From Psilocybe cubensis (lineage: Eukaryota), in contig CM039000.1 of the NCBI GenBank assembly GCA_017499595.2, positions 2,852,001-2,916,000 on the forward strand: a stretch of DNA of 64,000 bases, read 5' to 3'. Numbering within the stretch: the stretch's first letter is position 1; the number at the start of each line of letters is the position of its first letter. A program made the position numbers and the translations under genes. The notes under the pieces are model-generated. The model was not told the DNA's origin. It worked only from the letters and a program-made list of their open reading frames with translations, and did no database searches. Shown piece by piece: positions 1 through 13,120 of this stretch.

Positions 1-3000
1 AGATTGTGGAGCATCGATGACTCGGAGCAACTCTTCAACACAGGGATACGCAGATTCAGGCATGTCTGAAATATCGTCGAATTGCAAGTGAAAGGATTGA
101 CCGCTTAGCGTGGGGACCATGATGACGCGACTGAAGCCTGCGATTTTGACAAACTGAACCTTGAGCTTCATAACAGAGATTTTGTCGATTTCAACACCGT
201 CAGCCAGCATCTGGAAACTCAGTAAAACAAGCGAAGTCTAAAAATATAAGGTGTCTTTCTTCAAGCTTAAAGAATGGGACTCACTCGGAGATGGGATAAG
301 TCGGGATCTATACTCGATAAGTTGTAGAACTCCCTCGCCTTTTCATCGACCGCCTAAGATGATATCAATGACATTCTGGTTATAAATGATACACCTTACC
401 AAATCTCTGGGAGAAGAAAATGGTACGTCTGCGCCGTTTAGGTCATAATCATATTCCATCAGAGTTTCCATGATCTGCTCCCAACCCAAAACTTAAACAC
501 GATTGAATGCGTGGTTAATTCTAGAGTTGATTTGAACGTACCTTTCCATGCTGGGAAGTGAGGACGGAGTTGAATGAGAAATCCGACAAGGCGAACTCTG
601 TCGGTTATGGGGGCTTTTACTAATGATTCACTCCAGCACTGTGAAATGATTTCGAAGTGGACGGGGAGAAGAACTGAAGAGAAAGTTCTGACAGCGATCC
701 TAATTTCTTCCTGCTTAAAGTTGATAAAACCATTCAGCATGAATGTATCGCTGAGCGCTTACATTGGGATCTGCCCACAAAGCAGTAAAAAAGGCATAGA
801 AAATTTCGATTACACTAGAACGCCATTGCCGTCCATCGACATTGAAAGCTGGACTGGTGACATCAGAAATCATGCGAAATAGGCGGTTGACACCAGAAAG
901 TCTTTCAATTCAGAGAGTCAGCTCTGATACAAAAACAATGAAATCAAAGTGCCACCTTTGTTGGACAGTACATATGGAGGGATCCATCCAAGTACGTATG
1001 GTTTCTTGGAAGTGCTCTGGGTCTATTAGAAGGCTTCGTAACAAGAGGTTCGTGCGGACAATAGCTAAATCCTCATTTTGAATGTCGTATACATTCCATG
1101 CACTATGAAATCATTAGCCGTGGTTTCTTCGAATGTGAAAGCCAACATACCAGAATGATAAAAGTTTTCCGTTCTGCAGTATGAAGTTATCAATTTCAAA
1201 GCTTTCTAACAACGGCGGATCCGACATAATGAATAAGTTCAAAAATTTTGCCACGAAACTCGTAACAAGACTGGAATTGCTTTGGAGATAGAGGTGCAAA
1301 GCGTTGAGAACTTCGCGTTCAATAAATACGGGGTCAACAATTGTGGAGCCCCGGACGTTGAGCTTCCTCCTAAGAAAGGGGTGATTTAGTGATACAATTT
1401 ATGCAACAAAGTGACCTACCTGGAGGGTAAATCTTCAAGCTCCTCTGGAAGTACCATTCCGGCAGCTATGATAGAGGATCGTTCGCATCCATAGAGTCGT
1501 AAGCAAGCTGCAAGGGAGCGTCGAATGACAGAAACACTGTAAACAATCATCTTTTTCACTATGATCCAAGGCCCGTAGCATGTTAACTTACGATATGTTG
1601 GAATTTACCCCAGAACGCAGAGATTCCAATATTTTGGGCGCCAAATGAGACTGAAGGGATGAAATGACGCCTCGCAAATCCTGACGTCCAGATGACCTAA
1701 GCCAAAGGGTAAGAAGGATAGCTTTCGATAGAAGGTTCGCGTTTTGTAAGCAATTATCTTTGTCGGAAATTGTCAACTTCAAAAATAGCTTGAAAGACGT
1801 TATTGGAATGCTGATCCCGCATTTTATAACGCTCGAGAGGTAGGTCAAGGATTTTGAAAGGCCCGAAGGAGATTCCCGCGCCAAGTTAGAAATCGTTCTC
1901 AGAGGATCGACGTATAAAGCAAGTGAAGGATCGGAAGTAGGATCTACAATGACGGTGCTGCGCTGAATGGTGTCCGCGTCATTTCCCCATAGTTTGATTA
2001 GAGACATCATTGGCTGTAAATGGCTTTCAATCGGATTATGATTAACAAGAAAGGACAAACCAACCTTATCAGCTTGATTTAATTCAATGACCAAATTTAT
2101 CCAGCGAGTATATATATCATCAAAAGCGTCGAAAATGATTGAACACTGGCACAATTTGACAATTGCACGAAGGAGGTCATCGCATCTTTTCACAAGCTGT
2201 AACGCGTATTTAATCAGACCAATCATTAAAGCATGTTAACTGATTGCGAACATTTTTGGGATTGCCTGTCTCTAGCAGTGTGTCGATTTCGAAAGAATTT
2301 CGACTGTCCACAGATTGCTGACAGGTGTCAAAAACAGTCTGGCAATAAAAATCAGGATGTAGTGCTCTCAGCTCAAAGAGCCATGGTAATGCAAATCTAG
2401 AAATTAAGGAGCGTCGTGTGGCTACATAGTCACCGCCATTGGTGGCCATACTATTAAGGCCAGGACGCAATTCTGACGGCATTGGCCAGGGCTGTCCGTA
2501 ACGTTCGTAACGAACCCCTGGAAGCGGTTTTTGTTTTGCAACAAACTCTCGAAGTATGACGGCTAGGTTATCATCCTAGAGAATATGAGTATAAAGACCC
2601 ATAATGCCGAGATACCCTCACCTCGTCCAATATCCACTGAATAACCCTTGTAGCAAGCCTCTTGAGACCATACTCTGAAGCCAGGCCATTAGGCCAGAAT
2701 CTCCTTGTAAGCAACAGAAAGCCAAATTCATTGGTAGAAAGATCGAGATCACTCAGCGAAGCTTCAACGGATGATACCAACGTTTCCACGTTCATGGAAA
2801 GATCGAGTCCAAGGGGAAGCGGGAACATACACTGAGCATCTTTCTGGTCGGAAATACTTTCGAAAGGAAATGGACTTCTGTCAACCCGTTCGAAGAAGGA
2901 CAAATGGTGAAGCTGATTGAGGATGAGTTGCGTGGCAAAATCAGAGCGTATTGTGAAATCAACAGCTAAAATATGCTTCATGTGCATCAAACTGGTCGAT

Positions 3001-5577
3001 TCGAAAGGATACGCAATGGATTCAGCGTCTTCATCGACAATGTTGGTAAACTGATCCACATTAAGAAGGTTGGACGTTGTTTGAGTATTGCGACTCTGCG
3101 GAAATGAAGTTTTGATGGTCGCGGTAATGTATTCCAGGTAGGACCAGTCAAACATAATTGAAGGTTTAAACTTCGCCTCTTCGTTATCCTGAACAAATTG
3201 CTGGGTCAGAGGAGAATATTGAAGCTGCCCGGAGTCCAAAAGAACTTGGCAACGTTCAATGGCATGATGGAGTTCAAAGGTCTTGAGTTGAGGAGAGCCT
3301 TGCTTTGTGTTCTGCTTTCCCTCGGCAATGACAACGGATCCCAATTCAATTCCGTTGACGATGATTTGCATTTGAATTTGCAGAACGCTATAAAAGATGA
3401 TGATCTCTTCGTAGCTATGATTATTGAGTTGGTCATTCGTAAGTTGCAAAATTGGGAAATGAACTAAACAAGAACTGCGAAATGTCGCCCAGTTTATGGT
3501 AATCTCCTTGGAAGATAAGTTATAAAACCCGCACTTCCTGGATGGGTCGAGAGATGCTACACAATCCTTGTGAATAGATATTTGGCATGATTCACATTTA
3601 AGGCCTTGGGCAAAGCAGCCCCACAAAGGCGTCCAACAAACAAAACATAGACATAGTGTAAACCAAGTCGCCGGCTTGAGTTTGTGATTACAGGGATTAT
3701 ATGTGTAAGTGGCGACACTGGGATTGGGTGGAAGGTCCGAGAATTTAAACATCGCAACACGTACAGGGGCATCGTCTGTGGTAAAGTATTGAACATCGTA
3801 GTTGCCTTCAGGATAATCGTAGCAATCGAAATGGACCGCCGTCATACACAGAGGGCAGAGCAAGGCAAATTCAGAGATAGGTTTTAAGCAAGATCGACAG
3901 TCTTCGTGTAGGGTACCAGCAATCCGTGTGCGTCTTTTAAGCCTGCCAAAGTGCCACGGAACAAAATGATGGCTGTAAGAGCTGTGTGCATCATCAAACA
4001 CACAAAATGGGCTGCTAATGATTGCATGACCCACAGAACTTGGCCACAACCTTGCAAGAAACGCTACAGCCATACGTCGCGCTTTTGCACCACGATATGC
4101 AATAATTTCAAGCAGATCATTGTAAGTATCGAGTTTGGAGTTGGCAATCAGCCTGAGAAGCCCATCAACTCGAGTAGATATTTCCCCGTTGATTTTGCTT
4201 CCTTCCCCAAGGGTATCTAAATTGTCAAAAATGGCGCCGATCAAAGGAGGGAGCAGGAACGCTAGATGATATATGGCGGCGGGCTGCCGTGGGTTGTTGG
4301 TAGATTGAACCTCTTTGGACGGTTGAGGCACCGAGGTGAATGTTGATCCTAGAGTGGATGGTGAGCCATCCGTAGGGGCTTCTTCTATCTGGATCGAAAC
4401 CACAGGATCATCTTCGTCATTTTCTCCGTTGAACCCATTCTGTCGGTGAACAGCTGTAATTTTTCATGAGAGAAAGGCTTCAATGATGGTGACCAACGTA
4501 CCGTTTTGCTCATCTAATGATGATAAACCTTGTAACTGCTGGAGATGTTGCAATATTGTCCTAATAACATTTGATTCAAAGAAAAGGAGTAGCCTGGGGT
4601 GCATTTGCGACGGGAAAGTGAAGAAGGCCGGTATTATTGCGAAAGCAATTTGCGATATCACTCGTGGGTTGTGGCGGTGGCTATATATTAAAAATTGTGC
4701 GACATTCAACGTCAGAATTTGGAGTGTATTTGGGGGTCTGGATGGGCGCGGTGACGCGACACGATAGCGGCAATCTTCAGAGATGACAGAATGTAGAATC
4801 GAAACGCATAGGGAGAGCAATTCAGGAACCTGTATCTGCCCTCTCTGTGGGGAAGATGATTGTGAACGTCTTCCTGGCGATTTTGAAATTCTTCTGGATC
4901 TTCTAAATGGTGAGGAAAGCCTGGAGTCTCGCGCTTCTTCGCCGCGCAATGCTTGATCGTCAAGGCTATTCGGAATTTAATTATCATTGTACAGCACACA
5001 AACGAGAGATTTGAGCATACCTGTCGTCAAATATTTGCCATCCTTGGGAAAGCGACATTGTGAGGACATCCTTGAGTTGCATCATTAGCTCAATGGTATT
5101 GTCGGTCGTAAAGGTAGAATCATTTTCGCTATCCGAATCATCTACAACATTTCCGGAGCGTTTGTGCGACCGGTTTTCCTGTTTGGAACCTAGTTTTACG
5201 GCCTCCTTCAGCGACTCTGCTAATGCTCCAAACCCTCTTTCCGTAGGATCGTTAACAGCATTGGTGAGGGTGTCGACAATAGATTCTGGTTTGGTCCGGT
5301 TGGCAAGTTGTATGAGAACGTGTGAGAGTAGCTTTCGAGATTCATTTAACGCCCGATTGTTGGTACCAGAAAGATTATCGGGGCCAGACTTGACAGCATA
5401 AGAGAATGACGTTCGACTTATTGGTGAGACGGGAATTCCACCAGGAGATGCTGGTTCTTTAAAGTGCTCCTGGTTGGGTGACACAGTGGGTTCCCAAGGA
5501 TCTTTATACACATTGAAAGTGAAGTTCAAGTCGGTATCAATGCGCGACAAGTTATTCCGATTCGATCCCTCTGTCAT
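1..5577 (-). CDS. Large multi-exon helical scaffold protein with tandem C1-type zinc fingers; candidate UNC79 homolog (3' end runs off the window)
   Basis: ATG at 5577. Long minus-strand ORF pieces (4984-5577, 4464-4949, 2571-4403, 1588-2226, 459-740) are separated by short GT-AG introns. C1 signature HKLKP...CFVC..PLWG..AQGLKCESC..IHKDC at ~3530-3690. Motifs TFPSQMH and DLLEIIAY...AVAFLARLWP. Confidence 0.8.
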
Positions 5578-6018
5578 GGACTGAAGTCGAAGCGTTAACC
5601 AAGGTGTTTATATTGGATAAAGATTGGGATTTGGTCTCGTAATCGCTTTGACAGGCCAGAATGCAATGGATTAGAGCAATAATGATGTACCAGCCTGTAT
5701 ATACAAAGTATAGAGCAAGAGTGGTTGAAGCTCTGATGTAATGGATTGAATGGAATGTCAAGACTCAATCAGGTTTGCTGCTGTTTCGGTACCTGTGCGA
5801 GGTGTTCGGATGATATTTATATCTATACTTTTGGTCATGAGTATCTTGCCGATGAAACTTTTATCATAATTCACAAATTCGATGTCGAAGGTTTGGAAGA
5901 AAGGTATAATAGGATCATGGTACAGTTTTTCCAAATATACGTAGATACGTGATTAGAAAGAGTCGGTAGATAAACTGGTACTGATACAACACGCCCTATC
6001 CATCAATGTTATGAGCAG

Positions 6019-6053
6019 TACAGGACAGGGAGACACAGTAACCCTGTCCTGCA
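6019..6053 (-). other. Stem-loop in the 3' UTR of the Pmp3-like gene
   Basis: Perfect inverted repeat CAGGACAGGG (6021-6030) / CCCTGTCCTG (6042-6051) with an 11-nt loop. Confidence 0.5.
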
Positions 6054-6071
6054 TGAAGAAAAGAAAGCGAG

Positions 6072-7076
6072 TTAAAATTCGTGATTGAAAACCTCTTCAT
6101 CAGTGGTTTTGGACCTAGAGGGAGGACCACTGTCCAGACCGCCGCGATGACTTCCATACAAACCACCCTCTGGGTCTTCAGGAAAGTCACCAGAATCGCG
6201 TGTCATGCTACTGTCACCGTCTGTCGATTTTCGCTTCTTCTTCCTCCTCTTCTTCTGGTTTTCACCATCAGCTGACATGTTGTAAGCATCCTGGGTTCGT
6301 TCCCATCTGTCCTTCTTTGCCTTCTTTGATTTGCTCTTCTTTCCTGTGCTTATAGGTTCAACGTCGTCAAAATTGGCAGGATAATGCCAGCGACCCCCAG
6401 AGGACGAAGAAACAGAGTTTTTGTCTGGATTATAGTAAGATTCATCTTCAGGACGCCAAAGATCTCCGTTGGGTTGTCTCTTGGGCCTCCCATTGGCATT
6501 TTCCAATGAGAGGTCGACACTGGAACCGCGTTCCTGACCTTCTTCATAAGGTTGGCCCTCGAGTGCTGATCTAGGCAGTCTATCGTTGTAACGGTTTGCC
6601 CATTGAGATTTGCGCTCCTTGCGCTTAATTTCACTGATGTCGACAAGCCCATAGCGCTGTGCCCACTTTGGGGTTCTGGCATGATTCTTGTTGTTTCGTA
6701 TGTTCTAGGCAGACGATAAGCCAGAAGAAGAGAGGAGAATGTATTAAATGAAATACCTGTATATAGAAATTATGTCCATGTCCTTTGAGAGTGAGGTTAA
6801 TGGATGATTCTGTGAATGATACACATGAACAGCATACCAGGAATGTATCCACAGATTGTCAAAAGGAGATTCAACCAAAAGTCACCCCCAAAACCAAACC
6901 TGGCTGCTACAGCTGTTCGATAGAGTAGAGATAACGGTCAGTTGAGTGCACCTGAAGCGATGACTGGACAGACCCAAAGGAGGGAAAAGGGTGCCCATGA
7001 TGAAGAGCAGGACGGCATAGCCATGATGGCGCTTGGGTTTGATTTCGGGCTTGCCACTGGGTAGATAGGATGACAT
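6072..7076 (-). CDS. Pmp3/UPF0057 (SNA-like) proteolipid-domain membrane protein with a long charged C-terminal tail
   Basis: Spliced translation reads VLLFIMGTLFPPL|AVAARFGFGGDFWLNLLLTICGYIPG|HGHNFYIQ|NIRNNK..., matching the Pmp3 pattern PPLAV...INLLLT..GYIPG. Three short introns; last exon ends at TAA 6072. Confidence 0.8.
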
Positions 7077-7573
7077 GACGATGTTAAAGGGAAAGGGAAC
7101 GGGGGGCCAAAGGCCTAGGAGCCAGAGAAGGTGTGGTAATTAGTTCTGGATGATAGAGAAGAGTAGTGTGGCGATCACTGCCACTGCATAGACCAGTGCT
7201 TGTTCTTGTTCCAACCCCACAGAAACCGATTACATAAGCCAGATGGCAAACGACCGAGCTAAAAGGCGACCAGAACGCGGAATTTAGAGGGATTGCAACT
7301 AAAGCGCGGGTCAGTTTGTTCGTCGCAGTATAGTCAGAGAGCTCAGAGGAGATTCAGACACATATTATTACTAGCCATAAATGGTAGTCAACCTATTCGC
7401 ATACTAAACTTGAACGTGATCGAACATCATTCACTGTCCTTGCGTCTTTATCACCATCCACCTCTTTCATTCATCCGTCTTCTCTCTTTCTTCCTTTTTC
7501 CCCTTCTTGTCTTCTCCGGTCTCTTGTGTCCTCTATCATATCCATCTTGTCCACACACCCTTTGGCAGAAACA

Positions 7574-9525
7574 ATGGATCACGAGGAGCATGTACTTAAT
7601 TTATCCGACGTCGTCCACGACGACCCTATCGACGAAGAGAGCCCCCACGACGTGCATGCTACAGATCCCCATCATGAATCAAGGCCCTCACATTTTGACC
7701 CATCTTCAAGCATGATGTCCCCGCTACACGATAACTACACCGTATCCGAACACTCTAATCATCTGGGCACCGCAGATTCGTATTCTGTCGAAATGCTCGA
7801 GCGTGAAATCGCTACTCTGCTTAATCAGAATGCCTCCGCAGCATCGGCTGCTTTGCTCAGCGCTGCTGCCCAGCAGCGGCAGGCTAACATTGATCTTGGG
7901 AGAGATGACGATGACGGCCTGGACACCAATACAGAAAATATCGCTGGAATAAATCTAGGACTATCCGGGCTTGCTGCTGTTCTGCAAGCTGTCCATGCTC
8001 AGGCGCGGCCCGACGACCAACGTGATTCACACCAACAACAAGAACAGAAGACAACAAGAACCGCTCCAGCTTTTCATTCTCTAACAGCTGGTGAGACATC
8101 AGACCATCATTCCAGCCAAAGACGAAGGGTGGATGGGAAAAGTGGATCCGAGGGCTCAGATTACTTGTTCTCAGAACGAGAGGACGCCAGCGAGAGAGAA
8201 GATTTTGCAAACCCGGAGGGAGCGATGCGGCATTCCCCATCCCCGCATCATCCAGCTGAGGATGTCCCAATTCCCTCAAACGAACTTCAGTCTGTCGGGG
8301 GCTTCCCAGAATTAAACGACATTTTGAACCCATTTCCTCATTTTGAACATGATCCTACACATAATGCCCATGATTTATCACCGCCCGGATCGCCCCCCGT
8401 TATTTCGCATGCTCAGGTAGTAGAACAGGAGCTCGGTGCAGGTCCTGTCCCTTCAATACCCATATCAGCACCGCCAAACCGTGCGAGCACCCAGCAACCT
8501 GTTGCATCAACATCCTTTTCTTCTCAACCAGAAACCGGGGCGAAGCGTGCTCGAAAACCCCAGGGGAGGGAACGAGGCTCTAACACCCATACCTGTGAAG
8601 AAGAGCACTGTCAAAAGTCATTTACACGTCGAAGTGATCTGGCCCGTCATCGTCGAATACACACTGGGGAACGGCCATTTGTTTGTTCACACGACGGCTG
8701 TGGCAAAACCTTCATACAGGTATCCATGTTTCTTGTCTTCTCCCGTTAGCAAGAGCCTAATTGATTGCTCCAGCGTTCTGCCTTGCACGTCCATTCACGT
8801 GTGCACACGGGCGAGAAACCACATTGTTGTGAATATCCAGGATGCGGCAAGACATTTGGGGATTCAAGTAGTCTAGCTCGTCACAGACGGACACATACAG
8901 GGAAGCGACCGTATAAATGCGAAGATCCAAGTTGCGAGAAAACCTTTACTCGCAGAACAACACTGACGACTCATATGCGAACCCACGATCCGAACTGGGA
9001 ACCAGACCCAAATGTGTAAGTTACGGATGGGTTTTCTCCCAGTTCTAATAATGTTGATAATTCAATTACAGTAAATACAACTTCAAAGGAAAGAAGCGAA
9101 AGATTATGGACGACGACGATGATGACCAAGAGCTAGCCGAGTCGGTTAGAACTATTTCGGCTTTGTTCCAGACCGGTGGAAACTCGATTTTGCCCTCCCG
9201 AGATGTTCAGACGGATGAACCATTAGCTGCACGGGTCGCAAGTATCAGCGCTGAAATTGCCGCTGCTATCGCACAGGCTCAGTCGCGCGGGTATGACGAT
9301 GAAGAGGACGAAGAGGGAGAAGAATCGGGCTCTGGACAAGAAATGGGGGGCATGGAGACCATTGGACCCAACACGAGTGGGATCAGAGGTGTCAACGGAG
9401 AAGATGGCGTGGAAAATGACGATATCTCAGGGCGCGGTGAAGACGATGAAGACAGCGACGCGTTTCCTGCGCCGTTGAGAGGTAGAAAAACCGTGGCGTC
9501 TGGGAGTAACAAGAGGAAGCGGTGA
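7574..9525 (+). CDS. C2H2 zinc-finger transcription factor (4 fingers)
   Basis: Four CxxxxC..H..H fingers with TGERPF/TGEKPH/TGKRPY linkers at ~8590-8990. Introns at ~8720-8773 and ~9015-9071. Acidic low-complexity flanks and a C-terminal KRKR. Confidence 0.9.
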
Positions 9526-9766
9526 CATAATTGTACATATTTATTACGTAATGTATTCGGAATGTCTTTGCCGGCATAGATCCGTTACACGTGATATGTG
9601 TATTCTTGAGCGGAACAGGACTTGAGCCGCTCACCCCAGATTCCGTTCCCAACTTGTCCTGTTATTTCTCCATCCTTTGTTAACTATCCGGATCCATCCG
9701 TCGTGAAGCATTTGTAAATACTCCTTTTAAACCTCCCCACTACTTTCCCTAACATCTACATCGCCA

Positions 9767-11162
9767 ATGTCTGCAGAGGAGGCACCAAGCACTGATCTCA
9801 TTACCCTTACTCGGTACGTACGGGATCAGTTTTCACTTATCCAGTCCAATCCTCACTAGATCTGTCTTCTAGCCATGTTCTTAGCGATCAGTTGCGATTG
9901 GGATCGACAGCCACGGGTGACTTGACTCTTCTGCTAACAGCGATTCAGGTCACCTCCAAGTTCATCGCCACCAATGTTCGTAAAGCGCGCCTCATTAACC
10001 TGTAAGTTGCAGGCGATCGTGTGCCATTGGCTCTCATTCACGTGTGGACAGTGTCGGCCTGGCCGGAGAGACCAATGTACAAGGCGAGGAACAGAAGAAG
10101 CTGGATGTCCTGTCAAATGACATCATGGTCAATGCACTGCGCGCTTCTGGCAAAACCGCTGTTTTGGTTTCAGAAGAACTTGAGGACGCAATTATCATCG
10201 AAGAGGAGAAACGCGGAAAATACTGTGTCGTCTTCGATCCTCTCGATGGTAGCAGCAATATCGATGCTGGTGTGAACATTGGCACCATTTTCGGTATCTA
10301 CAAGATTGTGAGTCGCGTCGGTTTACCCACTGCCGTTATCCGGGGCGGGATTTTCAAAGAACATGGTATTAATTTTGAGTATAGCAACCAGGCTCAAAGG
10401 GTACCATTCAAGATGTGCTTCGTCCCGGCAGTGAAATGGTTGCTGCCGGCTATACCATGTGAGTTCACTCCCAACCTTATCGCGCGTGGTGCCGTCCGAT
10501 GTCTGTGACTGATTAATGACCAGGTATGGATCTTCAGCAAACTTAGTTCTCTCCACCGGTTCTGGCGTGAATGGTTATACGCTAGATGCAGCTTTAGGCG
10601 AATTCATTCTCACTCATCCCAATGTACGCCTCGAAAAGAATTTCTTCTGTTCCTGTTCCTTGCTCACACGAGTCTATGACTGTAGATCACAATTCCTCCA
10701 AGGGGAAAAATCTATTCATTTAATGAAGGAAATGCGATGTATTTCCATGCCCCAGTCACTGCCTATTTGAAATCTATCAAGTACCCCGCTCCTCCTAAGT
10801 CGCCATATAGTGCTCGATATATCGGTTCTATGGTCGCCGATGTTCACCGTACTTTGCTCTATGGAGGCATTTTTGGGTATCCTAACGACAAGAAGAGCAA
10901 GAATGGGAAACTACGATTGCTGTATGAAGCGTTTCCCATGGCATTTTTAACAGAACAAGTCTGTATTTTATCTGGCTCTTGGCATATGAATCAAATTGAC
11001 TTTTCTCTATCTCAGGCCGGAGGAATCGCCACCACGGGTACGAAGCGTATATTAGATATAGTGCCAACAGACATACATGAACGTTGCCCCGTGTTTCTTG
11101 GCTCCAGAGACGACGTTTTGGATGTCATCAAGTTCTTCAAAGAAGTCCCTGCAGATGCCTGA
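9767..11162 (+). CDS. FBP1: Fructose-1,6-bisphosphatase
   Basis: Motifs [47 protein letters not shown] and GKLRLLYE across several short-intron exons. Confidence 0.97.
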
Positions 11163-11629
11163 TTTTTATAGTCGCCAAATTTCCAACATGTAATGCTTAA
11201 GTGGAATGTAAATAAATTATCTGTACAACACCAACCTGCCGTACCAGTGAGATGTATAAATCATATTTTGTGTCAGTTTTGTTTCGATTTCAGGTTTCCG
11301 ATATAATCTGTCTGTGTACATTGAACTACTTAACGCGTCTAGAACGCGCCAATCTCACGATAAGTAAATACATGTGTAGTCGCTGATGATAAAATTAAAA
11401 TGTTAATTAAACAAATCAGTGGGTTACGCGATTATGTTTCCTTCTCCTCAACGATCTGAATTTTTGTTAGTTAGTTGCAGACATCCTCTCCACCTCCTAT
11501 AACACGTCTCTAAATCGGGTTAATTGGTTTGGTTGCTATAAAAAGCACAGTGCAGTGATAATTACGTAACTTCTCGGGCTTCTTTCCAAACCTGACTTGA
11601 TACTTTGATTGGCCCAAGCGAACGGTCAG

Positions 11630-13120
11630 ATGTCAGCGTCCCTGCGAATTAGGATTCCTCCACAGAAACCATCAACATCCACTGTTGCGGACGACATGGA
11701 GGTACAGTAATTCAAAGCCATAGTGGTTCGGTTATTGAACACCTTGTTGTAGGTTTCCGAACAGGCTAAACGCAAGCGTAGACCTTCCAAGAAATACCAG
11801 GACGCCGAAGAGACGAGGGTTAAACCCGGACGAACCGCAGGAGATGAGAAGTCACGCCGACCGAGTAATGCGGGACGTGCTCCTTCACCTGGTGTTAAGG
11901 ACGAAGAAGCGGACGTCGATGTGCTAGCTGATGCAAACGAGGAAGGCGAGGATGAGGTAGCCGACTATCGCTCTGACCATTCTGCGTACCGCACCACGCC
12001 AGCCAGCACAAGCCAGAAATCCAAGTCAAAGAATGCGGTGGACAAACAACCTCGGCGTAAGAAAGCTAGGAGAATGGTTGTTTCAGAATCAGAAGACGAA
12101 GACTTCAAAGCTGCGGTGGAGGAGGAAGAGGAGGAAGTACCCGTTGAACCAGATGCGGAAGATGATGATGATGACTACCTCTCATTCGATGACAAGCCTT
12201 CAAAAACAACAAAGGGCAAAGCGAAGGGGAACCAGGGAAAAGCGGCCAATTCCAATAAGGGGATAAAGAGGAAGGCTAAACCGCACCCTGACGACATCGC
12301 GGTTGAAAGCAAAGGGTCTTCAATACCGGCTTCGACAAGCAAGAAGAGGCTCAGAACGTCCCAGAAGTTTGATGACATCGACGTTGATGTTGTCGGAGGA
12401 GTCGTTAGTCCAGAAGCATCTGCCGCCGTAGATCACGCTAGCCCCTCCACTACCAAACATGACTCTCCTCTCCCCACTGTACCCCCCAAGAAACCCAAAT
12501 TGCCTACCATAAAGAAAACTAAACTTAACCCTCCTGGCCCTAATACTCCTGCTTCTACGAGCGCACCTGCCAAAAACTTCTCATTGGATCACACCGGCGC
12601 CAAAGGGCCCACAATTGAAGAACGAAAGAAACTGAGTTTGAGGCAAACTGATATTGATCTGTCCAACAGTGCTGTCTACAAAGAATTGTTCTTGAAACCG
12701 GTGCGTAGTGTCCATCTTTAATCCTTCGGTCATCCGATTTTTTAATTTCGCGTTACTTTAGGGCTCTGTGGACGGAACTCCGAGACGTGCAAAGGAAGAA
12801 GAACGACGAAAGGAATTGAATAAAATGAGAGATGAATTTAAAGCAAAGCGAGCCATTGAATCGGTGAATTGGTTGTATTCATCATTTTGATTCTGACAGC
12901 TTATATTCCTCCGTAGACACACTCTTTCGACCTGCAAGCACAATTCGATAAGATATCCCAATTCGAGGAGAAACTAAGAGCTGAACGCAGCTCGGCTTTA
13001 TACCCTAATTTCCTTGCCGCCAAGTGGAGGGAAAAGTTTGAGAAAGAAAGGAAGAGGCAGAGGGACTGGGCATATGCAATTTCTACGAATGGTCTGAAGG
13101 AGGAGGGTGAGGTGTCTTGA
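11630..13120 (+). CDS. Uncharacterised K/D/E-rich, largely disordered, probably nuclear protein
   Basis: ATG 11630 (MSASLRIRIPP), intron ~11702-11752, long exon including ORF 11921-12721, then two further exons ending ...KEEGEVS-TGA at 13120. Several basic NLS-like clusters. Confidence 0.7.
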
